A DNA stretch of 64,000 bases, taken from assembly GCA_963801815.1 (NCBI GenBank), contig CAWDGJ010000002.1, positions 448,001-512,000 on the forward strand, in the 5' to 3' direction. The position numbers and the translations under genes were made by a program. The stretch comes from an uncultured Verrucomicrobiae bacterium. GTDB taxonomy: Bacteria; Verrucomicrobiota; Verrucomicrobiia; Chthoniobacterales; UBA10450. The notes beneath the pieces were generated by a model. That model was not told the origin of the DNA. It made no database searches and saw nothing but the letters and a program-made list of their open reading frames with translations. The first letter of the stretch is position 1; the number at the start of each line of letters is the position of its first letter. This document shows positions 19,841 to 28,874 of this stretch, in pieces.

Positions 19841-20992
19841 TTATTCCTGGAACCGGCGGAACCAGGAATACGGAAACACATCGCCGGGACAATCGGTCGG
19901 CCAGCGCGGCGGATTTATTTCACGGTGCGGTTTCACGATCGGATAATGGTCGCCGACTTTTCCGCAGCGTTGCCGGAGATAACGGATCAATTCTTCGCAG
20001 CAATCGAGTTGCGCGCGAGTCGGCTGGTCGCGATTAAAATCGCCGACCAGGCAAATGCCCAGCGCGATGTTGTTTAAATAGTCGCTGTGAACGTGGCCGC
20101 CGTTAATTTGCCGACGCCACCGATCACCGATTTCTACCTGACCGTTGCCGGTCGACGTGCCGTTGCCGATCACGAAATGGTAAGCGAGCCCGTTTTGCAT
20201 CCTCCGAAAATGTCGATGGTAATAATCGAAGGCGGCCGCGTTCCCCTGACGCGTTCCGCTGTTGTGGACGACGATATATTGCCAGCGGCCGCGTGTGACT
20301 GGCGCACGATCGATCTGAGCGCGTACCGAGCTGGTCAGGTAACGATAGCCTGCGCCACTGCTGCTGCTTCCTCCGCCGCCAAATAATCGTGCCCAAAAAC
20401 CTTTCGGCTTCTCGTAACCGTATTTTTCGATTGTCAGTTGTTCGGGCTCTTCAACAGGCGCAGCTAGGGCGGATTTAGCTCTGGGAACCGGTGGCGGCGG
20501 CGCAGCCGGACTCGGAACGGCCACGGCGCGCGGCGGTGTGCCCGTTGCCCGCGCTTCCGGAGTTTCCGAAGGCTTTGGTGAAGCTTTCTTTTTGCGACTC
20601 GACGACGGGGCTTTTCCCGACGTTGCTTTCTTTTTCTTCTTTCCTTTTGGCGACGGCTCGTTGGTTGGAGATTTCTTCGCCTTGGGTTTTGGCGTCGCTT
20701 CCGGGGTTTCACTCGGTTTGGGCGATCTTTCCGATTCCTCCGCCGGAGTTTTCTTTGGTTTCGCCTTTTTCTTTGCTGACGGAGAGGCTGATGCCGCTTT
20801 CTTTTTCTTGCCGGGCGATGTCTTCAGTTTCGGCGTTGGAGTCGGCGTTTTTTCGCTCGCCACAGAATCAACCGCGCGCGCTTTCAGGATCGGTTTTCCT
20901 TCGTCTGTTGTTTGTTGTGCTTCAGAGACGAAGACGGCAATGAGCGCGCTGAACGCGAAGAAAGTTGTCAACCAGACGCGCAAACGAAACAC
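19841..20992 (-). CDS. N-acetylmuramoyl-L-alanine amidase (Amidase_2/PGRP-like) with a Lys/Pro-rich N-terminal region
   Basis: IVVHNSG, AYHFVIGNG, GICLVGDF, KPHREI, TDCPG; signal peptide. Confidence 0.88.
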   Translation of the reverse strand: MFRLRVWLTTFFAFSALIAVFVSEAQQTTDEGKPILKARAVDSVASEKTPTPTPKLKTSPGKKKKAASASPSAKKKAKPKKTPAEESERSPKPSETPEATPKPKAKKSPTNEPSPKGKKKKKATSGKAPSSSRKKKASPKPSETPEARATGTPPRAVAVPSPAAPPPPVPRAKSALAAPVEEPEQLTIEKYGYEKPKGFWARLFGGGGSSSSGAGYRYLTSSVRAQIDRAPVTRGRWQYIVVHNSGTRQGNAAAFDYYHRHFRRMQNGLAYHFVIGNGTSTGNGQVEIGDRWRRQINGGHVHSDYLNNIALGICLVGDFNRDQPTRAQLDCCEELIRYLRQRCGKVGDHYPIVKPHREINPPRWPTDCPGDVFPYSWFRRFQE

Positions 20993-21052
20993 CGAGCGCA
21001 GCGTAACAGAGTGTTTGGCGCGATCAACCCGCGATGAAAATCAAAAACCAGT

Positions 21053-21976
21053 TCACGCAGGCAGCGCGCTGCCCGGGGCCGGCTCGTTTTTCACTTGGCC
21101 TTCGCGTTCGCGACGAAGAATCGCGTTCAATTTCCCGCCAAGCAGCAAGAACAAACAGGTGAGATACATCCACGTCAGCAAAATGATTATCGATGCCAGG
21201 GCGAGGTATGTCGCATCGTAACGGCTGTAGCGCGCGACGTAGAGCTGAAACAATTTCGTGACCGTTATCCAGCCAATCGAAAAAAAGACAGCCCCTGGAA
21301 GTGCTTGCCGGATCGTCAGGTAGTTTTCAGGTGTCAGTAGATACAAGACAAGCGCAAGACCGATCAACGCTACCAATGTGAGCGGAAGGTTTAAGTAAGT
21401 GACCCACACCTGAAGCGGAACTTTTAGTTGAAAATTTACCTCCGCGACACCGGCAAGCGTTTCGCCGAACACGATGGCGTTAAAACAAACTAGAATCACG
21501 ATTCCAAACCAGAACAAGAGCAGGAATGAAATGACGTACTTTGACCACCAATTGCGCGGTTCGGTCACGCCATAAGTGTGACTCAACGCCTTCGAGATCG
21601 TCGCGATGAAAACGGTACCGCAATAAATTCCGAGCAGAATTCCAGCGTTGGCAATGAATCCGCTCGAGCCGGTCACCACCACGCTCGCGGCCGCGGCGTC
21701 CAGAATGTCCTGGACCTTGGGATCGGGCGGCAAAAAACTCTTTAGAACGCCGAATATCCCATGGAGCCTGGCGGGATCGGTTCCAAACAAGCCAAGCAAA
21801 TGCCAGAGGAACAGCAACACGGGCGCGAGCGCAATCAAGAGCGTGTAAGCCATTTGAGCTGCCAGACCGGTCGTATGGTCGGTCGCGGTTTCCCAGACTA
21901 ATTGCCGAAGAACCCGCCAGGTTGCCCGCAAGAATTTCACAGCGACAAGTTTACTTTGCCGACTGGAAATATCCAT
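21053..21976 (-). CDS. YihY/virulence factor BrkB family membrane protein
   Basis: GLAAQMAY, LYLLTP, ALPGAVF, ATYLALASIIILLTWMY...LLGGKLNA. Confidence 0.88.
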   Translation of the reverse strand: MDISSRQSKLVAVKFLRATWRVLRQLVWETATDHTTGLAAQMAYTLLIALAPVLLFLWHLLGLFGTDPARLHGIFGVLKSFLPPDPKVQDILDAAAASVVVTGSSGFIANAGILLGIYCGTVFIATISKALSHTYGVTEPRNWWSKYVISFLLLFWFGIVILVCFNAIVFGETLAGVAEVNFQLKVPLQVWVTYLNLPLTLVALIGLALVLYLLTPENYLTIRQALPGAVFFSIGWITVTKLFQLYVARYSRYDATYLALASIIILLTWMYLTCLFLLLGGKLNAILRREREGQVKNEPAPGSALPA

Positions 21977-21991
21977 TAAAGTTCCGGCGCG

Positions 21992-22057
21992 TTGTAGCCG
22001 CCCCGCTCTGTCGGAGCGAATTCTCCAACACACGACAACACAGCGCCGTGGCTACAA
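21992..22057. repeat. REPIN-like doublet (inverted GTAG REPs)
   Basis: TTGTAGCCGC...GTGGCTACAA terminal inverted repeats with an internal hairpin, in a divergent spacer. Confidence 0.6.
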
Positions 22058-22078
22058 GATTTTCGCGCCCAAAGAACC

Positions 22079-23158
22079 ATGAAAAGAATCCTGATCCTTA
22101 CCGCCGGCTTTGGTGAGGGTCACAATAGTGCCGCCCGCGGAGTTCGCGCCGGCCTGGCCCGCGTCGCGCCGCAAGTTGAAGTCGAACTTCGGGACCTATT
22201 CCCGGAAACATTTGGCGTGTTCAACGAAATCGTCCGGCGTGCTTATCTCACGCTGATCAATCGCTCGCCGAAATCGTGGGGCTATGTTTACAACTGGCTC
22301 GATGGAATAAAGAATTTTGACGAGCGATTCCACCGATTTCGTCGACTCAAGAAAAATCTCGGCATCCTGCTTGATCGCTTTCAACCCGACGCCGTCGTTT
22401 CCACGTTTCCTCCTTACCCCTATTTGGTTCAGCAAATTCTGGGTAACGGTCGCCGCTGTAAAAACATCGCTATCGTCACAGATTCCATCACAGTCAACGC
22501 GATCTGGTATCGCTCGCCGGCCGATTTTTTTCTCGTGGCCAACGAACAAAGTGCCAGCGTCGTGCGCGATGGCGGCGTCTCGACGGAAAGAATCAAAGTG
22601 TACGGCTTTCCCGTTAGTCCGCGCTTCGCCGACTTTGCCAAAGACCGGCAATCGCCGGCTGAAATCACGCCACGTGTGCTCTATGTCATCAACGCAGGAA
22701 CAAGCCGCGCCGCCGGTCTTGTTCGAAGCCTCCTTCGGTTCGACATTCAATTAACCGTCACAGTCGGCCGTAATGAAAGACTTGGACGCGCCATCGCACA
22801 CGCAGCAGGCGATCGCAGGATCGACATCTTCGGCTGGACCGACGAGATGCCACGGTTGCTTTGCGAGCACCACGTGCTTATTGGCAAAGCCGGCGGCGCA
22901 ACTGTGCAGGAAACTATCGCCGCCGCGTGTCCAATGATCATCAATCACGTTGTTTCCGGTCAGGAAGAAGGCAACGCCCGACTGATTGTCGAAACTGACT
23001 CGGGCGCGATCGCGCACTCGAACAACGAAGTCGTGGCGCAGGTAGAGCAAGTTTTCGCAAAGAACGCCCAACAATGGCGCGAATGGTCGGCGAACATCAC
23101 TAAACTTAGCCGCCCGCGAGCCTCACTCGATATCGCGGAGTTTTTGTTATCGCTCTAA
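22079..23158 (+). CDS. MGDG synthase/UgtP-like glycosyltransferase (GT28)
   Basis: ILTAGFGEGHNSAA, VVSTFP, IVTD, IGKAGGATVQE, GQEEGNA. Confidence 0.88.
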   Translation: MKRILILTAGFGEGHNSAARGVRAGLARVAPQVEVELRDLFPETFGVFNEIVRRAYLTLINRSPKSWGYVYNWLDGIKNFDERFHRFRRLKKNLGILLDRFQPDAVVSTFPPYPYLVQQILGNGRRCKNIAIVTDSITVNAIWYRSPADFFLVANEQSASVVRDGGVSTERIKVYGFPVSPRFADFAKDRQSPAEITPRVLYVINAGTSRAAGLVRSLLRFDIQLTVTVGRNERLGRAIAHAAGDRRIDIFGWTDEMPRLLCEHHVLIGKAGGATVQETIAAACPMIINHVVSGQEEGNARLIVETDSGAIAHSNNEVVAQVEQVFAKNAQQWREWSANITKLSRPRASLDIAEFLLSL

Positions 23159-23163
23159 ACGTT

Positions 23164-23275
23164 TGTCATTCCGAGCGTAAGCGAGGAATCTCTCACAGAC
23201 TTCGCTGATCACACATAGTAAGAGGTGTGACGCAAACTTCGCAGGTGGAATCCCTCGCTTACGCTCGGGACGACA
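23164..23275. repeat. 112-bp palindromic element (REP/MITE-like)
   Basis: 27-bp arms TGTCATTCCGAGCGTAAGCGAGGAATC and its inverted copy with 4 transitions; between convergent genes. Confidence 0.8.
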
Positions 23276-23304
23276 CGAAGGAGACCGACGACTCGTACGG
23301 AACG

Positions 23305-24453
23305 CTAGCGGGCGAAAATTTCTTTTCCGCCGAGATACGTCCGCAACACTTCGAGTTCGGGTGAGATCACGACCAAGTCACCTTCGCCGCCGATCTTGAA
23401 TTGACCTTTGTTATTCAATCCAATAGCGAACGCCGGTGTGTCGGTCGCCATCACGATTGCTTCATGCAACGACACACCGACTTTTGTGACCATCGTGCGC
23501 ACGAGATCGATCATGCGCGAAGCACTGCCGGCGAGCGCCGACCGATCCGCGACCAAACAAACGCCGGCTTCGGTGATGCACTTGGTTCCCGATAGCGAGA
23601 ATTTCGAACCATCGGGCAAACCGGCGCCGGCGGTCGCATCAGTCACAAGGCAGATTCCGCGTGGGCCTTTCGCCCGATACAACATTTTCATCAGTGTCGG
23701 CGAGACGTGATGACCGTCGGCAATCAACTCGCAGATGATTTCCGGTTCGCTCATCGAGAATTCGAGCAGACCCGCCACCCGATCGATCCCGCGGCGCCGA
23801 GTGCTCGACATGCAATTGAAGGTGTGGGTGACATTGCGCATCCCGTGTTCGAACGCTTCGCGAGCATCGTCCTCCCAAGCGTCGCTGTGACCGCCGCTGA
23901 TACTGACGTTGCTGGCGCGCAACTTATCGATGAGTGGAATCGCGCCGGGTAATTCCGGCGCGACGGTCATCCGCTTTATGATGTCAGCCTGTTCCAGCAG
24001 CGGTTCATACATCCTCGTCGTTGGCTGGCGCATTAAACTTGCGCGCTGCGCGCCGGCTTTAGCCTTCGAAATAAATGGCCCCTCGACGTGAACACCGGCA
24101 ATTTGTTTGATCGACGATCTTTGCACGCGAACCTCACTGACTACTTTAAGAATGGATTTAAGGGGGGCCGTGGCGGTCGTCAGTAACAGCGAAGTAGTTC
24201 CACCGCTCGCGTGATAATCGCAGATCGCGCGAAAAGCCTTGGCCGACGCTTCCATGGTATCGTGGCCCATCGCACCGTGGATGTGAACATCGATAAATCC
24301 CGGCGCGAGATAGTTGCCTTGAAGGTCGACAATTTGTTCCCCCATCGCCGGCGCTTGGGCACGAATCGCCGTGATCACCCCGTCTTCAACGAGCAAATCG
24401 AGCCCTTCGCGAACACCGTTCGGGAAAATCAAACGTCCGTTCTTGAAGATCAT
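23305..24453 (-). CDS. nagA: N-acetylglucosamine-6-phosphate deacetylase
   Basis: PGFIDVHIHG, GVHVEGPFI, TVAPE, GHSDA, THTFNCM, IADGHHV, LVTDA, LAGS. Confidence 0.95.
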   Translation of the reverse strand: MIFKNGRLIFPNGVREGLDLLVEDGVITAIRAQAPAMGEQIVDLQGNYLAPGFIDVHIHGAMGHDTMEASAKAFRAICDYHASGGTTSLLLTTATAPLKSILKVVSEVRVQRSSIKQIAGVHVEGPFISKAKAGAQRASLMRQPTTRMYEPLLEQADIIKRMTVAPELPGAIPLIDKLRASNVSISGGHSDAWEDDAREAFEHGMRNVTHTFNCMSSTRRRGIDRVAGLLEFSMSEPEIICELIADGHHVSPTLMKMLYRAKGPRGICLVTDATAGAGLPDGSKFSLSGTKCITEAGVCLVADRSALAGSASRMIDLVRTMVTKVGVSLHEAIVMATDTPAFAIGLNNKGQFKIGGEGDLVVISPELEVLRTYLGGKEIFAR

Positions 24454-25415
24454 CGAGCCAGTCTAAGCAATTCCCCCGCTCGCGTGAATACCTGATCTGA
24501 AAATCCGAGCGCCTTCTTAAATTGGAAATCTCGCTCGATTGGATTCCCAACTTTTTGAACCTGGCGGAACGATTTGCGGTCGACTGACCGATTCAGCCAA
24601 AGCCGATGACCCAGCACTGGAACGGGAAAATCGCTGCCGTGAAGAATGCGCGGCTCGATCTCAATTCGCAGGCAGTCCTTGAGATGCGCGCACCGGTTCA
24701 ATGAAACCATGGCGCCGATGTCGCCGTAAAGATTCGGGAATTCGTCCAACATCGCGGCCCAATCATCGAAGTAATCGTGGTCGAAAGCTCCGCTCCTGGT
24801 CCCGCAATGGGCCGCGATGACTGTCACCCCGTACTCCAGCGGCGCCCTCAGCAACCGTGGATCGGCAAGTCGCGCGTTTACGACTGGAACGGTGTGTTCG
24901 CCACCGGTGTGCGCAAGCAAGGGTAACCGCGCGTCCGCCATTTTCTTCCAAAATGGAATGTAGCGTCGATCCATTGGGTCGATGTTCTGGCAATTCGGTA
25001 AGCATTTCATCAAGACTGCGCCGTTGGCGATGCACCGATCAAGCTCGTCGAGCGCATCGCTTCGCGCGGGATGAATCGAAACACCGGCCAGAAATTCGGG
25101 ATGTTGTCGCGCCAGATCGATAACGACGTCGTTCGGCACGAACATGGAGCCAAGATCGGGACGCGGCGTTCCGTCAGGTTCATGAACTCGCTCGTGGGCG
25201 AGCAACACAACCGCGTCGAGCGACGATTCACGGACCAACCTGAGCAAGTGCTCCGCGTAAATCCCCTCCAGATCGCCTTCAAGCGCGCTCGCAGGCATTC
25301 CAAGCTGGCGCAACATGAAACCGGCAAGCGCGCGATGCCATCCTTTCAAGCGCAACCAGCCGCCCGAGCCGGCGAGACCATTGCCGACCATGTGAACATG
25401 CATATCGATCCGCAT
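24450..25415 (-). CDS. Amidohydrolase_2 family metallohydrolase
   Basis: IDMHVH, SIHP, LAHTGGE, IAAHCG, LHGSDFP; ATGA overlap with nagA. Confidence 0.85.
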   Translation of the reverse strand: MRIDMHVHMVGNGLAGSGGWLRLKGWHRALAGFMLRQLGMPASALEGDLEGIYAEHLLRLVRESSLDAVVLLAHERVHEPDGTPRPDLGSMFVPNDVVIDLARQHPEFLAGVSIHPARSDALDELDRCIANGAVLMKCLPNCQNIDPMDRRYIPFWKKMADARLPLLAHTGGEHTVPVVNARLADPRLLRAPLEYGVTVIAAHCGTRSGAFDHDYFDDWAAMLDEFPNLYGDIGAMVSLNRCAHLKDCLRIEIEPRILHGSDFPVPVLGHRLWLNRSVDRKSFRQVQKVGNPIERDFQFKKALGFSDQVFTRAGELLRLAR

Positions 25416-25463
25416 GGGAACTGATTGCGTTTGCGCGCCCAAAAGTCCATTTTCGACCCCGCG

Positions 25464-26372
25464 ATGCAGCGAAATTTCGCAACGCGACGGGGGAAATTCG
25501 CGATCGAGAGCATTTTTTGGCGCCGAGTGATCGATTGGTCGGTGGATTACATTCCGTCGATCTTTCACCCGCCGTTGATTTGGATCGCGGCCTGGTGCTT
25601 TTTTTTTGTCGCTGCGCCGGCGCGTAAGGCGTTGCTACAAAATCTGCTCCTGATACATCCGCGATCGTGGCGAATCGCAAATTATTTTCGGGTAGTGCGC
25701 GTGTTCACAAATTTCGGTTGGTCACTGACCGACGCCGCCAGCTATCGACTGTCTGGAACCCGTTTCCGTTACGAGGTAGAAGGCGCGCGATTCATGGAGC
25801 AATTAACGGCTTCGAAAGGAGGCGGGATTGTTCTGACTGCGCATATGGGCAACTACAATCTAGGAGCGGCGTTGTTCGCCGAGCGATTTCATCGTCAAAT
25901 TCGCATGGTCCGTGCACCGGAGCCAGACACGCTCGCGGCGCAGCATGTCGATCTTGCCTTGCAGGAATCAAGCGCCGGCGGGGTCAAAATAGGCTACAGC
26001 GACGATGGAAGATCGCTCGCTCTTGATTTGTTGAATGCGTTGCGGGCGGGCGAAATTATTTCCATTCAAGGCGACCGGGTGGTTGGCGAAGTGGCCCGCG
26101 CGCCAGTGACGTTTTTTCAGCGTGAAATTCTCTTACCGAACGGGCCGTTCGTTCTCGCTTTCGTATCCGAAACGCCAATTTATCCGCTGTTTATTGTCCG
26201 CACCGGCCTCCGGAAATATAAAATCATCGCGCGCGAACCGATCATTTGTTCGCGCATCGGCGAGTCGCGCGATCAAATCATCGCCGCAGCGATGCAACGC
26301 TGGTCGAACGTGCTGGAAGAAATCGTTCGCATTCGCTGGCCGCAGTGGTTCGCGTTTACCCGGTTGGTTTAA
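25464..26372 (+). CDS. Lysophospholipid/lipid A late acyltransferase family (LpxL-like)
   Basis: GGIVLTAHMGNY, QGDR, FFQREILLPNGP, WPQWF. Confidence 0.8.
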   Translation: MQRNFATRRGKFAIESIFWRRVIDWSVDYIPSIFHPPLIWIAAWCFFFVAAPARKALLQNLLLIHPRSWRIANYFRVVRVFTNFGWSLTDAASYRLSGTRFRYEVEGARFMEQLTASKGGGIVLTAHMGNYNLGAALFAERFHRQIRMVRAPEPDTLAAQHVDLALQESSAGGVKIGYSDDGRSLALDLLNALRAGEIISIQGDRVVGEVARAPVTFFQREILLPNGPFVLAFVSETPIYPLFIVRTGLRKYKIIAREPIICSRIGESRDQIIAAAMQRWSNVLEEIVRIRWPQWFAFTRLV

Positions 26373-27466
26373 CCGGGATTAACGAACTGAAAATACCACC
26401 GAACGAATTTTTCGCCGAAAAACATCCAGATTAACGCGCCAAGCGCGAGATACGGACCGAAGGGCAATTTCGCCGACCAAACGCGTTTACCGATGACAAG
26501 CGTGGCCAATCCAACCATGGAGCCAACCAGTGACCCCGCGAAAATACTGAAAAGCACGCCGCGCCATCCGAGGAAGGCACCGATCGCCGCCAGAAATTTC
26601 AAGTCGCCGCGGCCCATTGCTTCACGTGGAATTTCTAATTCGCGCGCCGTGCCCGAGATTTGATCGACCGAATCAAGCAGGAATTCTTCGTCGGCTACTC
26701 GGACGCGGTTGTAATGAAATTCCAGTACTTCAGGCCCAAAGGTGCGGTGATCGATCTTCGCTTCGTCGCAGTGAAGCAGAAGCCGGTCTTTTTCGCGCGC
26801 AAAATAATCGCTCCATAAACCACGTTCCTCGCCAACGACGAACTCCGCATCTTCACCGTGGCGCGTCCAGTTGAAGGGCGTCGGCACGTCCAGTTCCACC
26901 CGCTTTTTACCGAACGCAATTTTGCCACCCTCCAGGACGACCCAGAGAATGACGTAACCGAGCGCCGCCGCAAGCATTGAGCGGACAATCGCCGCCAAAC
27001 GTGAGTCCGCGTTCATCAGATCAGGCACCAGAAAACTCGCGGCAATTCCGGCGATTGTTCCGCCAATCGTGATCTGATCAGGGATGATAAAGTGTTCGAG
27101 ATCGACGAATGTCGCGACGACAAGGATCGAAACGAAAGCCCAATAAGCGATCGCCACCTGCCACGGGAAAAATTGCCAGGTGGCAAGAAAAAGAAGGGCT
27201 GTGAGCAGTTCGACACCGAAATATCGGAAAGCAATGCGCGCACCGCACTTGGCGCACCGCCCGCGTAAGAGCAGCCAACTGACGATTGGAATATTTTGCT
27301 GCCACGGAATTGTCGTCTTGCAGACGGGACAAAACGAACGGCGTGGTTTGTTCACGGAAAGATCGCGTGGCAGCCGATAGATTCCGACGTTTAAGAACGA
27401 GCCAACGACCGCGCCCAGAACGAACGCAACAACGGCGAATAGCGCAGTGTAGGATGAGATATCCAA
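26369..27466 (-). CDS. pilD: Prepilin peptidase/N-methyltransferase (A24); start uncertain, TTG at 27466 assumed
   Basis: GSFLNV..YRLP, RSFCPVC, RGRCAKC, VDLEHFIIPD, MGRGDLKF, LPFGPYL. Confidence 0.9.
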   Translation of the reverse strand: MDISSYTALFAVVAFVLGAVVGSFLNVGIYRLPRDLSVNKPRRSFCPVCKTTIPWQQNIPIVSWLLLRGRCAKCGARIAFRYFGVELLTALLFLATWQFFPWQVAIAYWAFVSILVVATFVDLEHFIIPDQITIGGTIAGIAASFLVPDLMNADSRLAAIVRSMLAAALGYVILWVVLEGGKIAFGKKRVELDVPTPFNWTRHGEDAEFVVGEERGLWSDYFAREKDRLLLHCDEAKIDHRTFGPEVLEFHYNRVRVADEEFLLDSVDQISGTARELEIPREAMGRGDLKFLAAIGAFLGWRGVLFSIFAGSLVGSMVGLATLVIGKRVWSAKLPFGPYLALGALIWMFFGEKFVRWYFQFVNPG

Positions 27467-27471
27467 GCGAA

Positions 27472-28254
27472 TCAGGTTATGCTCGAGCGCGACGCCCGGC
27501 GCTCCATTATCCACGCGATCCAAATGCAGCTTTCGTAAAGCAGGGCCATCGGCAGCGCCATCGCGACCAGGGTCAAAAAATCAGGCGTTGGTGCGATGAT
27601 GGCGGCCAAAATAAAAATAAGCACGATCGCGTAAGGCCGGGTACGGGCCATGAATCGGTAAGTGATAAGACCAAAGTAAACCAACGCGAGCACGACTACC
27701 GGCAGCTCGAAGGCCATACCAAAGCCGAGAATGAACTTGGTTACGAACGAATAATATTGCTGCACGGTCCAGGTCGGCGTCCAGCCGAGCGACTGAGTGT
27801 CGCGAAAAAAGAAGAGAATCGTTTTAGGCAGCAACCAGAAATAACAAACGAGTACGCCGAGCAGAAAAAGTCCGAAACTGCCAACGATCGCGGGAAAGAG
27901 AAAGCGTTTTTCCACGGCGGTAAGCGCGGGCAAAACGAATTCGGCGAGAAAATAAAGGAGCAAAGGAAAAGACAGAACAATCCCGGCGTAGAACGCCAGA
28001 TGAAACGAAATCACGATTGAATCGGTGATGCCGAGTGCTTTGAGCGCGCCGACTTGAGGATCAACACTCTTTAACGGCGCCTGCATTACGTGCACCAGGG
28101 TTTGCCGGAAGAGGAAACAAAGAATCATCGCCGCAAAGATAGCGATTGCCATTTTCACAACGGTCCAGCGCAAGTCCTCGAGATGTTCGAGAAAAGGCTT
28201 AGACGTCTCGCTCTGTGGCAATTCGCGGAACTTGAAGATGTCGCGCAACGCCAT
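27472..28254 (-). CDS. tatC: Twin-arginine translocase subunit C
   Basis: PFLEHLEDLR, FVLPALT..EKR, FGMAFELP, AAIIAPTPD, LYESCI. Confidence 0.95.
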   Translation of the reverse strand: MALRDIFKFRELPQSETSKPFLEHLEDLRWTVVKMAIAIFAAMILCFLFRQTLVHVMQAPLKSVDPQVGALKALGITDSIVISFHLAFYAGIVLSFPLLLYFLAEFVLPALTAVEKRFLFPAIVGSFGLFLLGVLVCYFWLLPKTILFFFRDTQSLGWTPTWTVQQYYSFVTKFILGFGMAFELPVVVLALVYFGLITYRFMARTRPYAIVLIFILAAIIAPTPDFLTLVAMALPMALLYESCIWIAWIMERRASRSSIT

Positions 28255-28259
28255 GACGA

Positions 28260-28865
28260 TTAATGCGGACCGAGCGAGATCAGGCCACGGGCCGCCAGAC
28301 GCGCGCAGATCGCGAGCGTATTCGAATCGCGAATTTCGCCTTGGGCGATCATTTTGCTCAACTCACCAACATCGACCGCACGACACTCAAGGATCGCTTC
28401 TCCTTCCTCGCGCCTGTGCACGTCGGCACTGCGAACAGGTCGAACGAGGAAAAAATAGCAATGCTCATCGGTGAGTCCGGCTGAAGTGAAGAAGAAACCG
28501 AGCGGAATTGTTTCACCGCCGGGCGCGAGGTCATAACCAGTTTCCTCGTGCAGCTCGCGGAGTGCGACCGCTTCAATCTCCTTCTCGTCGGCTTCCGGAT
28601 TGTCGACCTGGCCGGCCGGCATCGACCAAATCGCCGCGCGGATAGGAATCCGCTCTTCCTTGATCAGCAGGAATTTTCCGTCACTGGTCATCGGGGCGAT
28701 CACGACCGCGGCTTTGCGTCTCACAGTCGTCCAGATTCGCGGTTCGGGAATTGAAGGCGTTTGAACTTTTTCTGTCACGACCTCCAGGTGCGGATTTGTG
28801 AACTCAACTTTACTGGAAGTTGTTTTCCACCCGTCCCCGTCCTGCACCAGTTTGTTTCGTCTCAC
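28260..28865 (-). CDS. NUDIX hydrolase (ADP-ribose pyrophosphatase-like)
   Basis: PAGQVD...ALRELHEETG Nudix box; GEIRDSNT. Confidence 0.88.
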   Translation of the reverse strand: MRRNKLVQDGDGWKTTSSKVEFTNPHLEVVTEKVQTPSIPEPRIWTTVRRKAAVVIAPMTSDGKFLLIKEERIPIRAAIWSMPAGQVDNPEADEKEIEAVALRELHEETGYDLAPGGETIPLGFFFTSAGLTDEHCYFFLVRPVRSADVHRREEGEAILECRAVDVGELSKMIAQGEIRDSNTLAICARLAARGLISLGPH

Positions 28866-28874
28866 GCCGGAAGA

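Noticed and set aside
26618..26633. parS-like TGCTTCACGTGGAATT
   Set aside because: It has three mismatches to consensus and lies in pilD codons for IPREA.
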